From assembly GCF_900106675.1 (NCBI RefSeq), contig NZ_FNOB01000025.1:14645-46644 (forward strand): a DNA stretch of 32,000 bases. Reading direction: 5' to 3'. Position 1 is the stretch's first letter, and the number at the start of each line of letters is the position of its first letter. The notes beneath the pieces are model-generated. The model was given only the letters and a program-made list of their open reading frames with translations. It made no database searches and was not told the origin of the DNA. This document shows, one piece after another, positions 16,809 to 25,207 of this stretch. The DNA comes from Allgaiera indica. GTDB lineage: Bacteria > Pseudomonadota > Alphaproteobacteria > Rhodobacterales > Rhodobacteraceae. Both the position numbers and the translations under genes were made by a program.

Positions 16809-16826
16809 GCGTCATATTCCCGTCGC
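16809..16826 (+). promoter_or_regulatory. Candidate Pho box upstream of the PlcP-like gene
   Basis: GCGTCAT-ATTC-CCGTCGC, 7-4-7 architecture, each half 5/7 to CTGTCA(T/C). Confidence 0.35.
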
Positions 16827-16873
16827 GCAGTTTAATTACCTTGACCCAAAGTCGGCAACATATTGGGTATCGG

Positions 16874-17698
16874 GTGCACTATCGCACAATATTTATCTCC
16901 GACACGCATCTTGGCAGCCGCGGCTGCCAGGCGGACATGCTGTTGGACTTTCTTCGCCAGCATGACGCGGACACGATCTTTCTGGTCGGAGATATCGTCG
17001 ACACCTGGCAATTGCGTCGGGGCTGGTTCTGGCCGCAGACCCATAACGACGTGGTTCAGGAACTGCTTTCCAAGGCCCAGTCCGGCGCGAGAGTGATCTA
17101 TATTCCGGGCAACCACGACGAGGGCCTCCGATCTTATCTTGGGACCCATTTCGGGGGGATCGAGGTCAAGAAGTCGGCCGAGCATGTCGCCGCGGACGGG
17201 CGGCGCCTGCTTGTCACCCATGGCGATCAGTTCGACGCGATCGTCGTTCACGCCAAATGGCTGGCCCATCTCGGGGACCGGGCCTACGACTTCGCATTGT
17301 GGCTCAATATCTGGGTGAACCGCTTTCGCCGGATCTGGGGCGGTTCCTACTGGTCCTTGGCGAACTGGGCCAAGGGACGGGTGAAATCGGCGGTCAACTT
17401 CATCGGGGAATACGAGAAGGTGCTGGCCGGCGAAGCCCGGCGCGGGCGCTTCGACGGGGTCGTGTGCGGACATATCCACCGCGCCAACATCCGCGATATC
17501 GACGGCATCCGATACGTCAATTGCGGGGACTGGACCGAAAGCTGCACCGCGGCCGCCGAGCGCGAGGATGGATCGCTGTTTCTCATCGACTGGGCCGCGG
17601 CCAAGCGGCGCCGCCGGATGATCGAGGATCTTCGCGCGGGACGGCCCCTGCCAGAGGCCCTGCGCGCGCGGCGCAAGAGGAAGAAGGAACTCGCCTGA
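16874..17698 (+). CDS. plcP: PlcP-like metallophosphoesterase (phospholipid phosphodiesterase; UDP-2,3-diacylglucosamine hydrolase-like fold)
   Basis: Metallophosphoesterase motifs 'ISDTHLGSRGCQADMLLDFL', 'LVGDIVDTWQL', 'YIPGNHDEGLR', 'VTHGDQFD' and 'VVCGHIHRANI'. Adjacent to btaAB. GTG start is tentative. Confidence 0.78.
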   Translation: MHYRTIFISDTHLGSRGCQADMLLDFLRQHDADTIFLVGDIVDTWQLRRGWFWPQTHNDVVQELLSKAQSGARVIYIPGNHDEGLRSYLGTHFGGIEVKKSAEHVAADGRRLLVTHGDQFDAIVVHAKWLAHLGDRAYDFALWLNIWVNRFRRIWGGSYWSLANWAKGRVKSAVNFIGEYEKVLAGEARRGRFDGVVCGHIHRANIRDIDGIRYVNCGDWTESCTAAAEREDGSLFLIDWAAAKRRRRMIEDLRAGRPLPEALRARRKRKKELA

Positions 17699-17701
17699 GC
17701 C

Positions 17702-18925
17702 ATGACCGGCATTCCCAACGTCAGCGATCAACTCCGCTCTGCCGTTCAGCAAAATGCCGCGTTCAGCGCGACGGGGCTGCTGGAACGTCTGTTCTCGCGG
17801 CTCTTCCATGGCCTCGTCTATCCCCAGATCTGGGAGGATCCGGTGGCCGATCTGGCGGCTTTGCAGATCGGTCCGCAAGACAACATCGTCTGCATCGCCT
17901 CGGGCGGCTGCAACGTGATGTCCTATCTCACGGCCGATCCGGCCTCGATCACCGCCGTCGACCTTTCGCCCGCGCATGTCGCGCTGGGCCGGTTGAAGCT
18001 GGCGGCGGCGCAACATCTCGATGCGCAGGGGTTCTTCGACTTCTTCGGCCGCGCCGACCGCGCCGGCAATGTCGCGGTCTATGACCGCCGGATCGCGCCG
18101 CATCTCGATCCGGTCACGCGCGCCTATTGGGATGCGCGCCCCTATGTCCGCCGCCGCATCGCCATGTTCGGCCGGGGTTTCTACCGCTTCGGCCTGCTTG
18201 GCCGCTTCCTAGGTGCGCTTCGGGCGGTGGCGCGGCTTGCCGGCGTCGATTTCCGCCGCTTCGCGACCTGCGCGACGCTCGACGACCAGCGGCGGTTCTT
18301 CGACGCGCGCATCGCCCCGCTTTTCGACGCGCCGGCAATCCGCTTCCTTGCGCGAAGCCGCGCCGCGCTGTTCGGCCTGGGCATCCCGCCCGCGCAATAC
18401 GACAAGCTGGAGGCCGACGGCGGTGGCGACATTCTTCCCGTGCTGCGGGATAGGGCGCGCAAGCTTCTGTGTGGCTTTCCGCTGTCGGAAAACTACTTCG
18501 CGCGGCAGGCGCTGACCCGGTCTTACGCGGCGGCCGAGGCCGGCTCGGTGCCGCCCTATCTGGACGCGGCCGCATTCCCGGCGCTGCGGCGCAATGCCGG
18601 GCGCGTTCGGGTGCTGAACCGGTCGCTTACCGATCTGCTGGCCGAAATGCCGGCCAGCCAGACCCAGGCTTATGTCCTGCTCGATGCGCAGGACTGGATG
18701 ACCGACGAACAGCTCAACGCGCTCTGGCATCAGATCACCCGCACCGCGGCCCCCGGCGCGCGGCTGATCTTTCGCACCGGGGGCGCGGCGGATATCCTGC
18801 CCGGCCGCGTGTCCACGACGCTGCTTGCGACCTGGCGCCGCGATGACGAGGCATCCGCGAAAGGCTTCGCGGCGGATCGCTCGGCGATCTACGGCGGCTT
18901 CCACTGCTACCGGCAGATCGGCTGA
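17702..18925 (+). CDS. btaA: S-adenosylmethionine:diacylglycerol 3-amino-3-carboxypropyl transferase (BtaA)
   Basis: 'FSRLFHGLVYPQIWEDPVADLAALQIGPQDNIVCIASGGCNVMSYLTADPASITAVDLSPAHVALGRLKLAA' is the DUF3419/BtaA signature. Followed by a BtaB-like methyltransferase. Confidence 0.92.
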   Translation: MTGIPNVSDQLRSAVQQNAAFSATGLLERLFSRLFHGLVYPQIWEDPVADLAALQIGPQDNIVCIASGGCNVMSYLTADPASITAVDLSPAHVALGRLKLAAAQHLDAQGFFDFFGRADRAGNVAVYDRRIAPHLDPVTRAYWDARPYVRRRIAMFGRGFYRFGLLGRFLGALRAVARLAGVDFRRFATCATLDDQRRFFDARIAPLFDAPAIRFLARSRAALFGLGIPPAQYDKLEADGGGDILPVLRDRARKLLCGFPLSENYFARQALTRSYAAAEAGSVPPYLDAAAFPALRRNAGRVRVLNRSLTDLLAEMPASQTQAYVLLDAQDWMTDEQLNALWHQITRTAAPGARLIFRTGGAADILPGRVSTTLLATWRRDDEASAKGFAADRSAIYGGFHCYRQIG

Positions 18926-18928
18926 GCC

Positions 18929-19582
18929 GTGGAAGAAAGCACGCTTTCCCACGCCGCGCTGATGGATGCGACCTACCGCTATCAGCGGCTGTTCTACGAC
19001 GCGACGCGGCGCTATTACCTGCTTGGCCGAGACCGGCTGATCCGCACACTCGATCCGCCCGCCCGCGCCCATATACTGGAAGTCGCCTGCGGCACGGGCC
19101 GCAATCTTGACCGGATCGCCGCGCGCTATCCCGGGCGCGGGCTTTACGGGCTCGACATCTCGGAACAGATGCTGCGCTCGGCCCGGGCGAAGCTTGCCGG
19201 CCGGGCGGTGCTGGCGCGGGCGGATGCGCGTGACTTCGATCCGGGGGCGCTCTTTGGTCGGTGCCAGTTCGACCGGATCGTGTTTTCCTACAGCCTGTCG
19301 ATGATCCCCGACTGGGAAGAGAGCTTGCGCCACGCGCTGCCGTATCTCGCCCCGGGCGGAGAACTGCACATCGTCGATTTCGGCGGGCAGCGCCGGCTCC
19401 CCGCGTGGTTCGGGGCCGGGCTGCGCGCCTGGCTTGCGCGTTTTCACGTCGCGCCAAGGGATGATCTTGCCGAGGCCGCGGCCCGGATCGCGGCCGAGGC
19501 CGATTGCCGCGCAATTTCGGAAAGCCTCTTTCGCGACTATTGCCAGCATCTTGTCATCCGCCGCCCCGGACCGGCTGACTGA
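18929..19582 (+). CDS. btaB: BtaB-like SAM-dependent N-methyltransferase (diacylglyceryl-homoserine to DGTS)
   Basis: 'YRYQRLFYDATRRYYLLGRDRLIRTLDPP', 'ILEVACGTGRNLDRIAARYP' and 'FSYSLSMIPDWEESL'. GTG start 3 nt after btaA. Confidence 0.9.
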   Translation: MEESTLSHAALMDATYRYQRLFYDATRRYYLLGRDRLIRTLDPPARAHILEVACGTGRNLDRIAARYPGRGLYGLDISEQMLRSARAKLAGRAVLARADARDFDPGALFGRCQFDRIVFSYSLSMIPDWEESLRHALPYLAPGGELHIVDFGGQRRLPAWFGAGLRAWLARFHVAPRDDLAEAAARIAAEADCRAISESLFRDYCQHLVIRRPGPAD

Positions 19583-19599
19583 CCCAGGCCGCAGGCGCG

Positions 19600-19617
19600 C
19601 GGACATGCCCCTGTCAC
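19600..19617 (+). promoter_or_regulatory. Candidate Pho box between btaB and phnC
   Basis: CGGACAT-GCCC-CTGTCAC, 7-4-7 architecture with one perfect half-site and one 5/7. Confidence 0.4.
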
Positions 19618-19775
19618 GCTTTTCGACCGCCGGGGCCCGCATGGTCGCGGGGTCCTGGCGGTGCGCGGAAGTCGCCGGGCCGGGGATCTGATCCGTATCA
19701 TCACAATATGGTAACTCATACATCACTGGCGCGTTACAAGCGCCGCCTACATCGGACGCCAAGAAGGAGCGTGCG

Positions 19776-20597
19776 ATGCGGTTGGAATTCAGGAACGTCA
19801 GCAAGACCTTCGGCCTCAAGGCGGCTGTGGATGACGTCAGCTTCGCATTGGACGGGGCGGGTTTCGTTGGCGTCATAGGGCGATCCGGCGCGGGCAAGTC
19901 GACGCTTTTGCGCATGATCAATCGCCTCGGCGACGCCACCCGCGGACAGATCCTGGTGGACGGCACCGATATCCTGTCGCTTGGCGGGAAGGCCAAGCGC
20001 GCCTGGCAGGCGAATTGCGCGATGATCTTCCAGCAGTTCAACCTGGTGCCGCGGATGGATGTGGCCTCGAACGTGCTGCACGGGCTTCTGGGGCAGCGCG
20101 CGACCCTTGCGACCATCTTCAATCTTTGGCGGGCAGAGGATATCCGCCGCGCGCTGGCGATCCTGGACCGGCTCGGCATCGCCGAACAGGCCGCCAAGCG
20201 CGCCGAGGCGCTTTCCGGCGGCCAGCAGCAGCGCGTCGCGATCGCCCGGGCGCTGATGCAGGATCCGCGGATCATCCTGGCCGACGAGCCGATCGCGTCG
20301 CTCGATCCGATGAACGCGCAGCTGGTGATGGACGCCCTCAAGCGCATCCAGGTGGAAGATGGCCGCATGGTCATCGCCAATCTGCACACGCTCGACACCG
20401 CGCGGCGCTATTGCGACCGGGTGATCGGGATGCGCGACGGGCGCGTCGTCTTCGACGGCCGGCCGGATCTGCTGACGACCAGCGTCGCGCGCGACATCTA
20501 CGGCGCCGACGCGAACTTCACCGAAGACATGACCTCGACCGCGATCGAAGAGCGCGACGAAGACATCCGATACGCGGCCGTCCTGGTGGGCGGCTGA
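19776..20597 (+). CDS. phnC: Phosphonate-type ABC transporter ATP-binding protein
   Basis: '[20 protein letters not shown]', '[34 protein letters not shown]' and '[21 protein letters not shown]'. Confidence 0.93.
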   Translation: MRLEFRNVSKTFGLKAAVDDVSFALDGAGFVGVIGRSGAGKSTLLRMINRLGDATRGQILVDGTDILSLGGKAKRAWQANCAMIFQQFNLVPRMDVASNVLHGLLGQRATLATIFNLWRAEDIRRALAILDRLGIAEQAAKRAEALSGGQQQRVAIARALMQDPRIILADEPIASLDPMNAQLVMDALKRIQVEDGRMVIANLHTLDTARRYCDRVIGMRDGRVVFDGRPDLLTTSVARDIYGADANFTEDMTSTAIEERDEDIRYAAVLVGG

Positions 20598-20655
20598 GTA
20601 ACCACCGGCCGAGGCCCAACCTTCGCCCCGGCTTCATCACGATTGGGAGAGAACC

Positions 20656-21567
20656 ATGAAGAACCTGCCCGCGATCCTGGCCGCGTCCACCATGCTTGCC
20701 GGTGCCGCCTCGGCCCAGGAAATCAATCACTTCAACATCGGCATCCTCGGTGGTGAAAATGCGCAGAACCGCATCGCCAACAACCAATGCCTCGTCAAGC
20801 AGATGGAGGCCGCGCTCGGCGTGCCGGTGAAGCTGTTCACCCCGGCCGACTATGACGGCGTGCTGCAGGGGCTGATGGGCGGCACCATCGACTTCGCGAT
20901 CCTCGGCGCCTCGGGCTACGCCAAGATCGCGATCGACGATCCGCAGGCCGTGACGCCCTTTGGCACCACCGCGAACCCCGACGGCTCATACGTCTATTAC
21001 TCGATCGGTTTCGCCCGCAAGGATCACGACATCCATTCGCTCAAGGACATGAAGGGCAAGACCTTCGGCTTCGGCGATCCGAACTCGACCTCGGGCTATC
21101 TGATCCCCTCGATCGAGATCCCCAAGCAGACCGGCCATTCGATGAAGTCGGGCGACTATTTCGGCACCGTCAAGTTCACCGGCGGGCATGAGCAGACCGT
21201 GCTGGCCGTCTATAACGGCGATCTTGACGCCGGCGTGACCTGGGCCGACGGCCAGGGTGCCTGGGAAGACGGCTTCAATAACGGCCAGCTGCGCAAATCG
21301 GTGGACGCGGGCCAGATCGACATGAACCAACTGGTCGAGATCTGGCGCTCGAAGCCGATCCCGAACGGGCCGCTGGTGATCCGCAACGCGCTGCCCGCCG
21401 ACGTCAAGGCGAAGGCCGAGAAGGTTCTGCTCGACCTCAAGAAGACCGACCCGGACTGCCAGTACAACGTGGCGGGCGGCGATTCGGCCGGCTTCGTCAA
21501 GATCGACCCCAGCTATTACGACACTATCATCGAGGTGCGTAAGGCGAAGATGAAGCAGGGGTCGTAA
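20656..21567 (+). CDS. phnD: Phosphonate-type ABC transporter substrate-binding protein
   Basis: Signal peptide, then 'FNIGILGGENAQNRIANNQCLVKQMEAALGVPVKLFTPADYDGVLQGLMGGTIDFAILG' and 'FGFGDPNSTSGYLIP'. Confidence 0.93.
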   Translation: MKNLPAILAASTMLAGAASAQEINHFNIGILGGENAQNRIANNQCLVKQMEAALGVPVKLFTPADYDGVLQGLMGGTIDFAILGASGYAKIAIDDPQAVTPFGTTANPDGSYVYYSIGFARKDHDIHSLKDMKGKTFGFGDPNSTSGYLIPSIEIPKQTGHSMKSGDYFGTVKFTGGHEQTVLAVYNGDLDAGVTWADGQGAWEDGFNNGQLRKSVDAGQIDMNQLVEIWRSKPIPNGPLVIRNALPADVKAKAEKVLLDLKKTDPDCQYNVAGGDSAGFVKIDPSYYDTIIEVRKAKMKQGS

Positions 21568-21645
21568 CCTCGACACCCGCGCGGGCCGGCGGCGCGAACG
21601 CCCCGGCCCGTGCCTTCCTTCCCGCCACCACCAGGCAAGGCCCCG

Positions 21646-22512
21646 ATGCCCCCCCACGATCCGAATCTGACAGAGATCTATATCGCCCATGCCCGGCGCA
21701 AGCGTCTTTACGGCGGGCTGATCCTGGCGGTCTTCGTGGCGCTGATGGCCGCGGGGTTTCACACGGCGGATGCACGCAACGCCGGCGGCTTCCTTGCCGG
21801 TCTTCACCGCATCTTCGATTTCCCGGCCGAGATCTTCTCCGAGGCGCTTGCCAAATGGCGCGCGCTGCCCGGCCGGATGTGGGGCGCACTGCCCGCGCTG
21901 ATCGAGACGCTCAACGTCGCCGCGGTCTCGATCGTGATCGGCGGTCTGGGCGCGATGCTGCTGGCGGTGCTGTCGACGCCGGGGCTGGCGCCCTGGCCGC
22001 GGCTGGTGCCGCTGTTCCGGCGGCTCATGGACATCCTGCGCGCGCTGCCCGAGATCGTGACCGCGCTGGTGTTGATCTACCTTCTGGGCGGCGGGCCGGT
22101 GGCGGGGATGGTGGCGATCACGCTGCACGGCTTCGGCGCGCTCGGCAAGCTGTTCGCGGAGGTTGCCGAGAACGCCGACCTTCGGCCTGTCGAGGGGCTG
22201 CAATCCACCGGCGCGACCTGGGTTCAGCGGATCTGGTTCGGCGTGATCCCCCAGGTGGCGCCGAACTGGTCCTCTTATGCGCTGCTGCGCTTCGAGATCA
22301 ACATCCGTGCCAGTGCCATCCTGGGCTTCGTCGGCGCGGGCGGCATCGGCTATGATCTGAAGACCGCGCTGCAATGGGGCGCGGGGCGCTACGATTCCGT
22401 CGTCGCGATCTTCGCCTTGCTGTTTCTCACCATTGTCGTGGTCGACACGGTCTCGGACCGGGCCCGCAACCGGCTGGTACGCGGCGGCAAGCTGGCGGAG
22501 GGCCGGATATGA
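21646..22512 (+). CDS. phnE: Phosphonate-type ABC transporter permease (first PhnE)
   Basis: 'RLMDILRALPEIVTALVLIYLLGGGPVAGMVAITLHGFGALGKLFAEVAENAD' and 'FEINIRASAILGFVGAGGIGYDL'. A GTG at 21610 is an alternative start. Confidence 0.9.
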   Translation: MPPHDPNLTEIYIAHARRKRLYGGLILAVFVALMAAGFHTADARNAGGFLAGLHRIFDFPAEIFSEALAKWRALPGRMWGALPALIETLNVAAVSIVIGGLGAMLLAVLSTPGLAPWPRLVPLFRRLMDILRALPEIVTALVLIYLLGGGPVAGMVAITLHGFGALGKLFAEVAENADLRPVEGLQSTGATWVQRIWFGVIPQVAPNWSSYALLRFEINIRASAILGFVGAGGIGYDLKTALQWGAGRYDSVVAIFALLFLTIVVVDTVSDRARNRLVRGGKLAEGRI

Positions 22513-23852
22513 GCGCGGCGGCAGGCGGCGCGGCAGTATTGCGCGCGGGGGAGGCGGCGCTTTTGCACGGCTTCGCGCAGCGCAAATGGCGTGCGCTGGC
22601 GGTGCCCGCTGTGCTGCTGGCCTATTTCGCCTACATCTTCTTCGCCTTCGACCTCGGCGCCGTCATCGGCCATGCCAAGCCGTCCCGCGCCGAGACGCTC
22701 TTGCGCGACGTCTGGTCCTACAAGACCGAGGTCACGCGCCGCAACCGCGCCGGCACGCTGGAAGTAGCCATCGAGGGCGAGCGCAACGGAACCTACCCCC
22801 AGACCGCGCCGCCCGACTGGGTGCGCCACGACGGCGAGACCACCAAGATCGCGTTGCCGGACGGGGCGCAGGTCACCTATCTGCCCGGCGCGAAGGCGGA
22901 ACTGCGGATCCCCGGCTTCGGCAGCGTCCATGTGGGCATGCAGGGCCGCCGTGTCGTGCTGCAACTGCCCGAGGGCAAGACACGGCCCGGCTGGATCTCG
23001 GCCTCGCGCACCCGCGTGGCGATCGACCGGGGAAGCTGGCGCTTTTCCATGACCCGCAACGAAACCCGGACCTTCCGCTATTTCGCGGGGTGGGAGCTGT
23101 TCTTCTTCACCCTCGACAGCCCGTTCCACGGCAAAAGCTGGACCCAGCTTGCCGCACTCGCCATGTCGGACCGGCAGGTCGTGCCGGGCATGTCGAACCT
23201 GCGGGCGATGGCGTATGACATCTGGACCAACAAGGTGTGGCACCATGGCATGGTAGCCGGGGCGATGCTGGAAACCGTGTTGATGGCCTTTCTCGGCACT
23301 ATGGGCGCGGGGCTGATCGCGCTGCCGCTGGCGTTCCTTGCGGCGCGCAACTTCATGCAACTGAACGTGCTGCGCCTGGCCCTGCGCCGGGTGTTCGATT
23401 TCCTGCGCGGCGTCGACGGCCTGATCTGGACGGTGATCCTCAGCCGTGCCTTCGGGCCGGGGCCGCTGACCGGATCGCTTGCCATCCTGCTCACCGATAC
23501 CGGCACCTTCGGCAAGATGTTCTCGGAGGCGCTCGAGAACATCGAGGGCAAGCAGGTGGAAGGGGTCGCCTCGACCGGCGCGAACGCGTTGCAGCGCGCG
23601 CGTTTCGGGGTGATCCCGCAGCTTGCCCCGGTGATCCTGTCGCAGCTGCTTTACTACCTTGAATCGAACACCCGTTCGGCCACGGTGATCGGCGCGATCG
23701 TCGGCGGCGGCATCGGCCTTTTGCTGACCCAGGCGATCGTCACCGGCAAGGACTGGGAAGAGGTGACCTATTACGTCATCCTCGTGGTGATCACGGTGAT
23801 GCTGATGGACGGCCTTTCGGGCTGGATCCGCCGCAAGTTCATCAAGGGGTAG
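22509..23852 (+). CDS. phnE: Phosphonate-type ABC transporter permease (second PhnE) with large extracytoplasmic insertion
   Basis: 'FLRGVDGLIWTVILSRAFGPGPLTGSLAILLTDTGTFGKMFSEALENIEGKQ' and 'SATVIGAIVGGGIG'. Start overlaps the first phnE stop. Confidence 0.9.
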   Translation: MSAAAGGAAVLRAGEAALLHGFAQRKWRALAVPAVLLAYFAYIFFAFDLGAVIGHAKPSRAETLLRDVWSYKTEVTRRNRAGTLEVAIEGERNGTYPQTAPPDWVRHDGETTKIALPDGAQVTYLPGAKAELRIPGFGSVHVGMQGRRVVLQLPEGKTRPGWISASRTRVAIDRGSWRFSMTRNETRTFRYFAGWELFFFTLDSPFHGKSWTQLAALAMSDRQVVPGMSNLRAMAYDIWTNKVWHHGMVAGAMLETVLMAFLGTMGAGLIALPLAFLAARNFMQLNVLRLALRRVFDFLRGVDGLIWTVILSRAFGPGPLTGSLAILLTDTGTFGKMFSEALENIEGKQVEGVASTGANALQRARFGVIPQLAPVILSQLLYYLESNTRSATVIGAIVGGGIGLLLTQAIVTGKDWEEVTYYVILVVITVMLMDGLSGWIRRKFIKG

Positions 23853-23933
23853 CGCGATTGGCCGAATGCCGCGGGGGCAAGCCGGCCCGCGCGGCTGTGG
23901 CCCGGCGCCGCAAGGATGGCGTGAAGGCCCCCG

Positions 23934-24860
23934 TCAGGACCACTGCAGCACGACGGCGGTGGTGATCAGAAGCGCCATGATCTGGTGGAAGACGACCATG
24001 ACGCCGGGCGATTTCGGTTTCAGGTTCACCGCGTGGAACAGGAAGAAGCCGACGGCGGCCTGAAGCAGCGCGAAGGCGAAGGCCATCGGATAGGTCTGGC
24101 TGTACCAGCCCAGGGTGCCGATCGCGGTCAGGGCGGCGATGCCATGGACCACGAAGACCCATTGCGAGGCCCGCCTGGGCTGCAAGAACGGGTCTATGGC
24201 CTGGCCGAAGCCGCGCTGGCCGGTCACCATGCCGCCCATGAAGATCGCGAACAGGATCGCATGCAGCGGAATGATGGCGTCGACGAAATCGGGCAAGGCG
24301 ACGCCGGGATAGTTCAGTCCCACCAGGTAACTGAGAAAGACCAGATAGGCGAGCAGGCCGTGCATGCCATGCACGAAGGCGGGCGCGCGGCCGGCCAGCA
24401 CATAGAGCGTGCCCATCCCGAACAGCGCGGTGACGACGACCAACCCCAGGCCCACGAAGGTCGTATAGCCCGGCTCCAGAACCGCAAGACCAAGCGCGCA
24501 AAGGCCGACCGCGGTGGCCAGCACGCGGTGGGCCGCTTCCGGATCGCCGCGCAGCATCAGCACGACGATGTTGCGCGTGTAGGGCCATTTCGTCCCCAGC
24601 GACAGGCCATAGCCGAAACCCTCGACGATGCTTCCAAGCATGATGAGCGCGGCGGCAAAGAACACTTGGGCGATCATCAGGCCGTCAGCCACCGCCGCCA
24701 GCCCGGCGGACGCATCGCCAAGCCCGCGCCACAGGCCCAGCCCCGCCGCCAACGCGACCATGCTGCCAATGAGGGCGCCGATGACACGCACCGTCAGGGT
24801 CATCTCGCCCTCGACGACATGCCGGTTTTCGGCTGCGGTGGGGGCAGGGATCGGGCTCAT
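23934..24860 (-). CDS. Multi-pass membrane protein of unknown function
   Basis: About eight hydrophobic segments. Histidines near membrane segments ('FVHGMHGLLAYL', 'IIPLHAILFAIFMGGM', 'FVVHGIAALTAIG', 'FHAVNL', 'VVFHQIMALL'). No family recognised. Confidence 0.65.
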   Translation of the reverse strand: MSPIPAPTAAENRHVVEGEMTLTVRVIGALIGSMVALAAGLGLWRGLGDASAGLAAVADGLMIAQVFFAAALIMLGSIVEGFGYGLSLGTKWPYTRNIVVLMLRGDPEAAHRVLATAVGLCALGLAVLEPGYTTFVGLGLVVVTALFGMGTLYVLAGRAPAFVHGMHGLLAYLVFLSYLVGLNYPGVALPDFVDAIIPLHAILFAIFMGGMVTGQRGFGQAIDPFLQPRRASQWVFVVHGIAALTAIGTLGWYSQTYPMAFAFALLQAAVGFFLFHAVNLKPKSPGVMVVFHQIMALLITTAVVLQWS

Positions 24861-25207
24861 GCTTTACGCCTTTGCTCAGGAAGGGAAGTCGGCCGTGAAG
24901 ACGCCGCGGACCATAGAGCGATACAATTGGCCATGAAACTGAATACCCCGACCCGCCGATCAACTTTCGATCGCGAAAACCGGAGCAGCCCCGGGGCTTG
25001 CCCCTTGCCCTCGTCTGTCCGCCCCGATGCCCGCGATGAAGGCAGCGGGCTGCCCTGCGCCCGGGGCAGCCCCCTGCGGTCGCGCGGCGACGCATTCCTG
25101 ACCGCCGCGCGCGGGTTTGACCCGGGAAGGCGGCCGCAATGCAATCCTGCCTGGCTGTGGCGTTGCTTTGATGCAACGGTCGTGTATGATCCAGGCCATA
25201 GCGAAAA

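Noticed and set aside
18209-20398. 729-codon ORF on the minus strand spanning btaA, btaB and phnC
   Set aside because: Shadow ORF antisense to three clearly homologous coding genes in high-GC DNA, with no recognisable domains.
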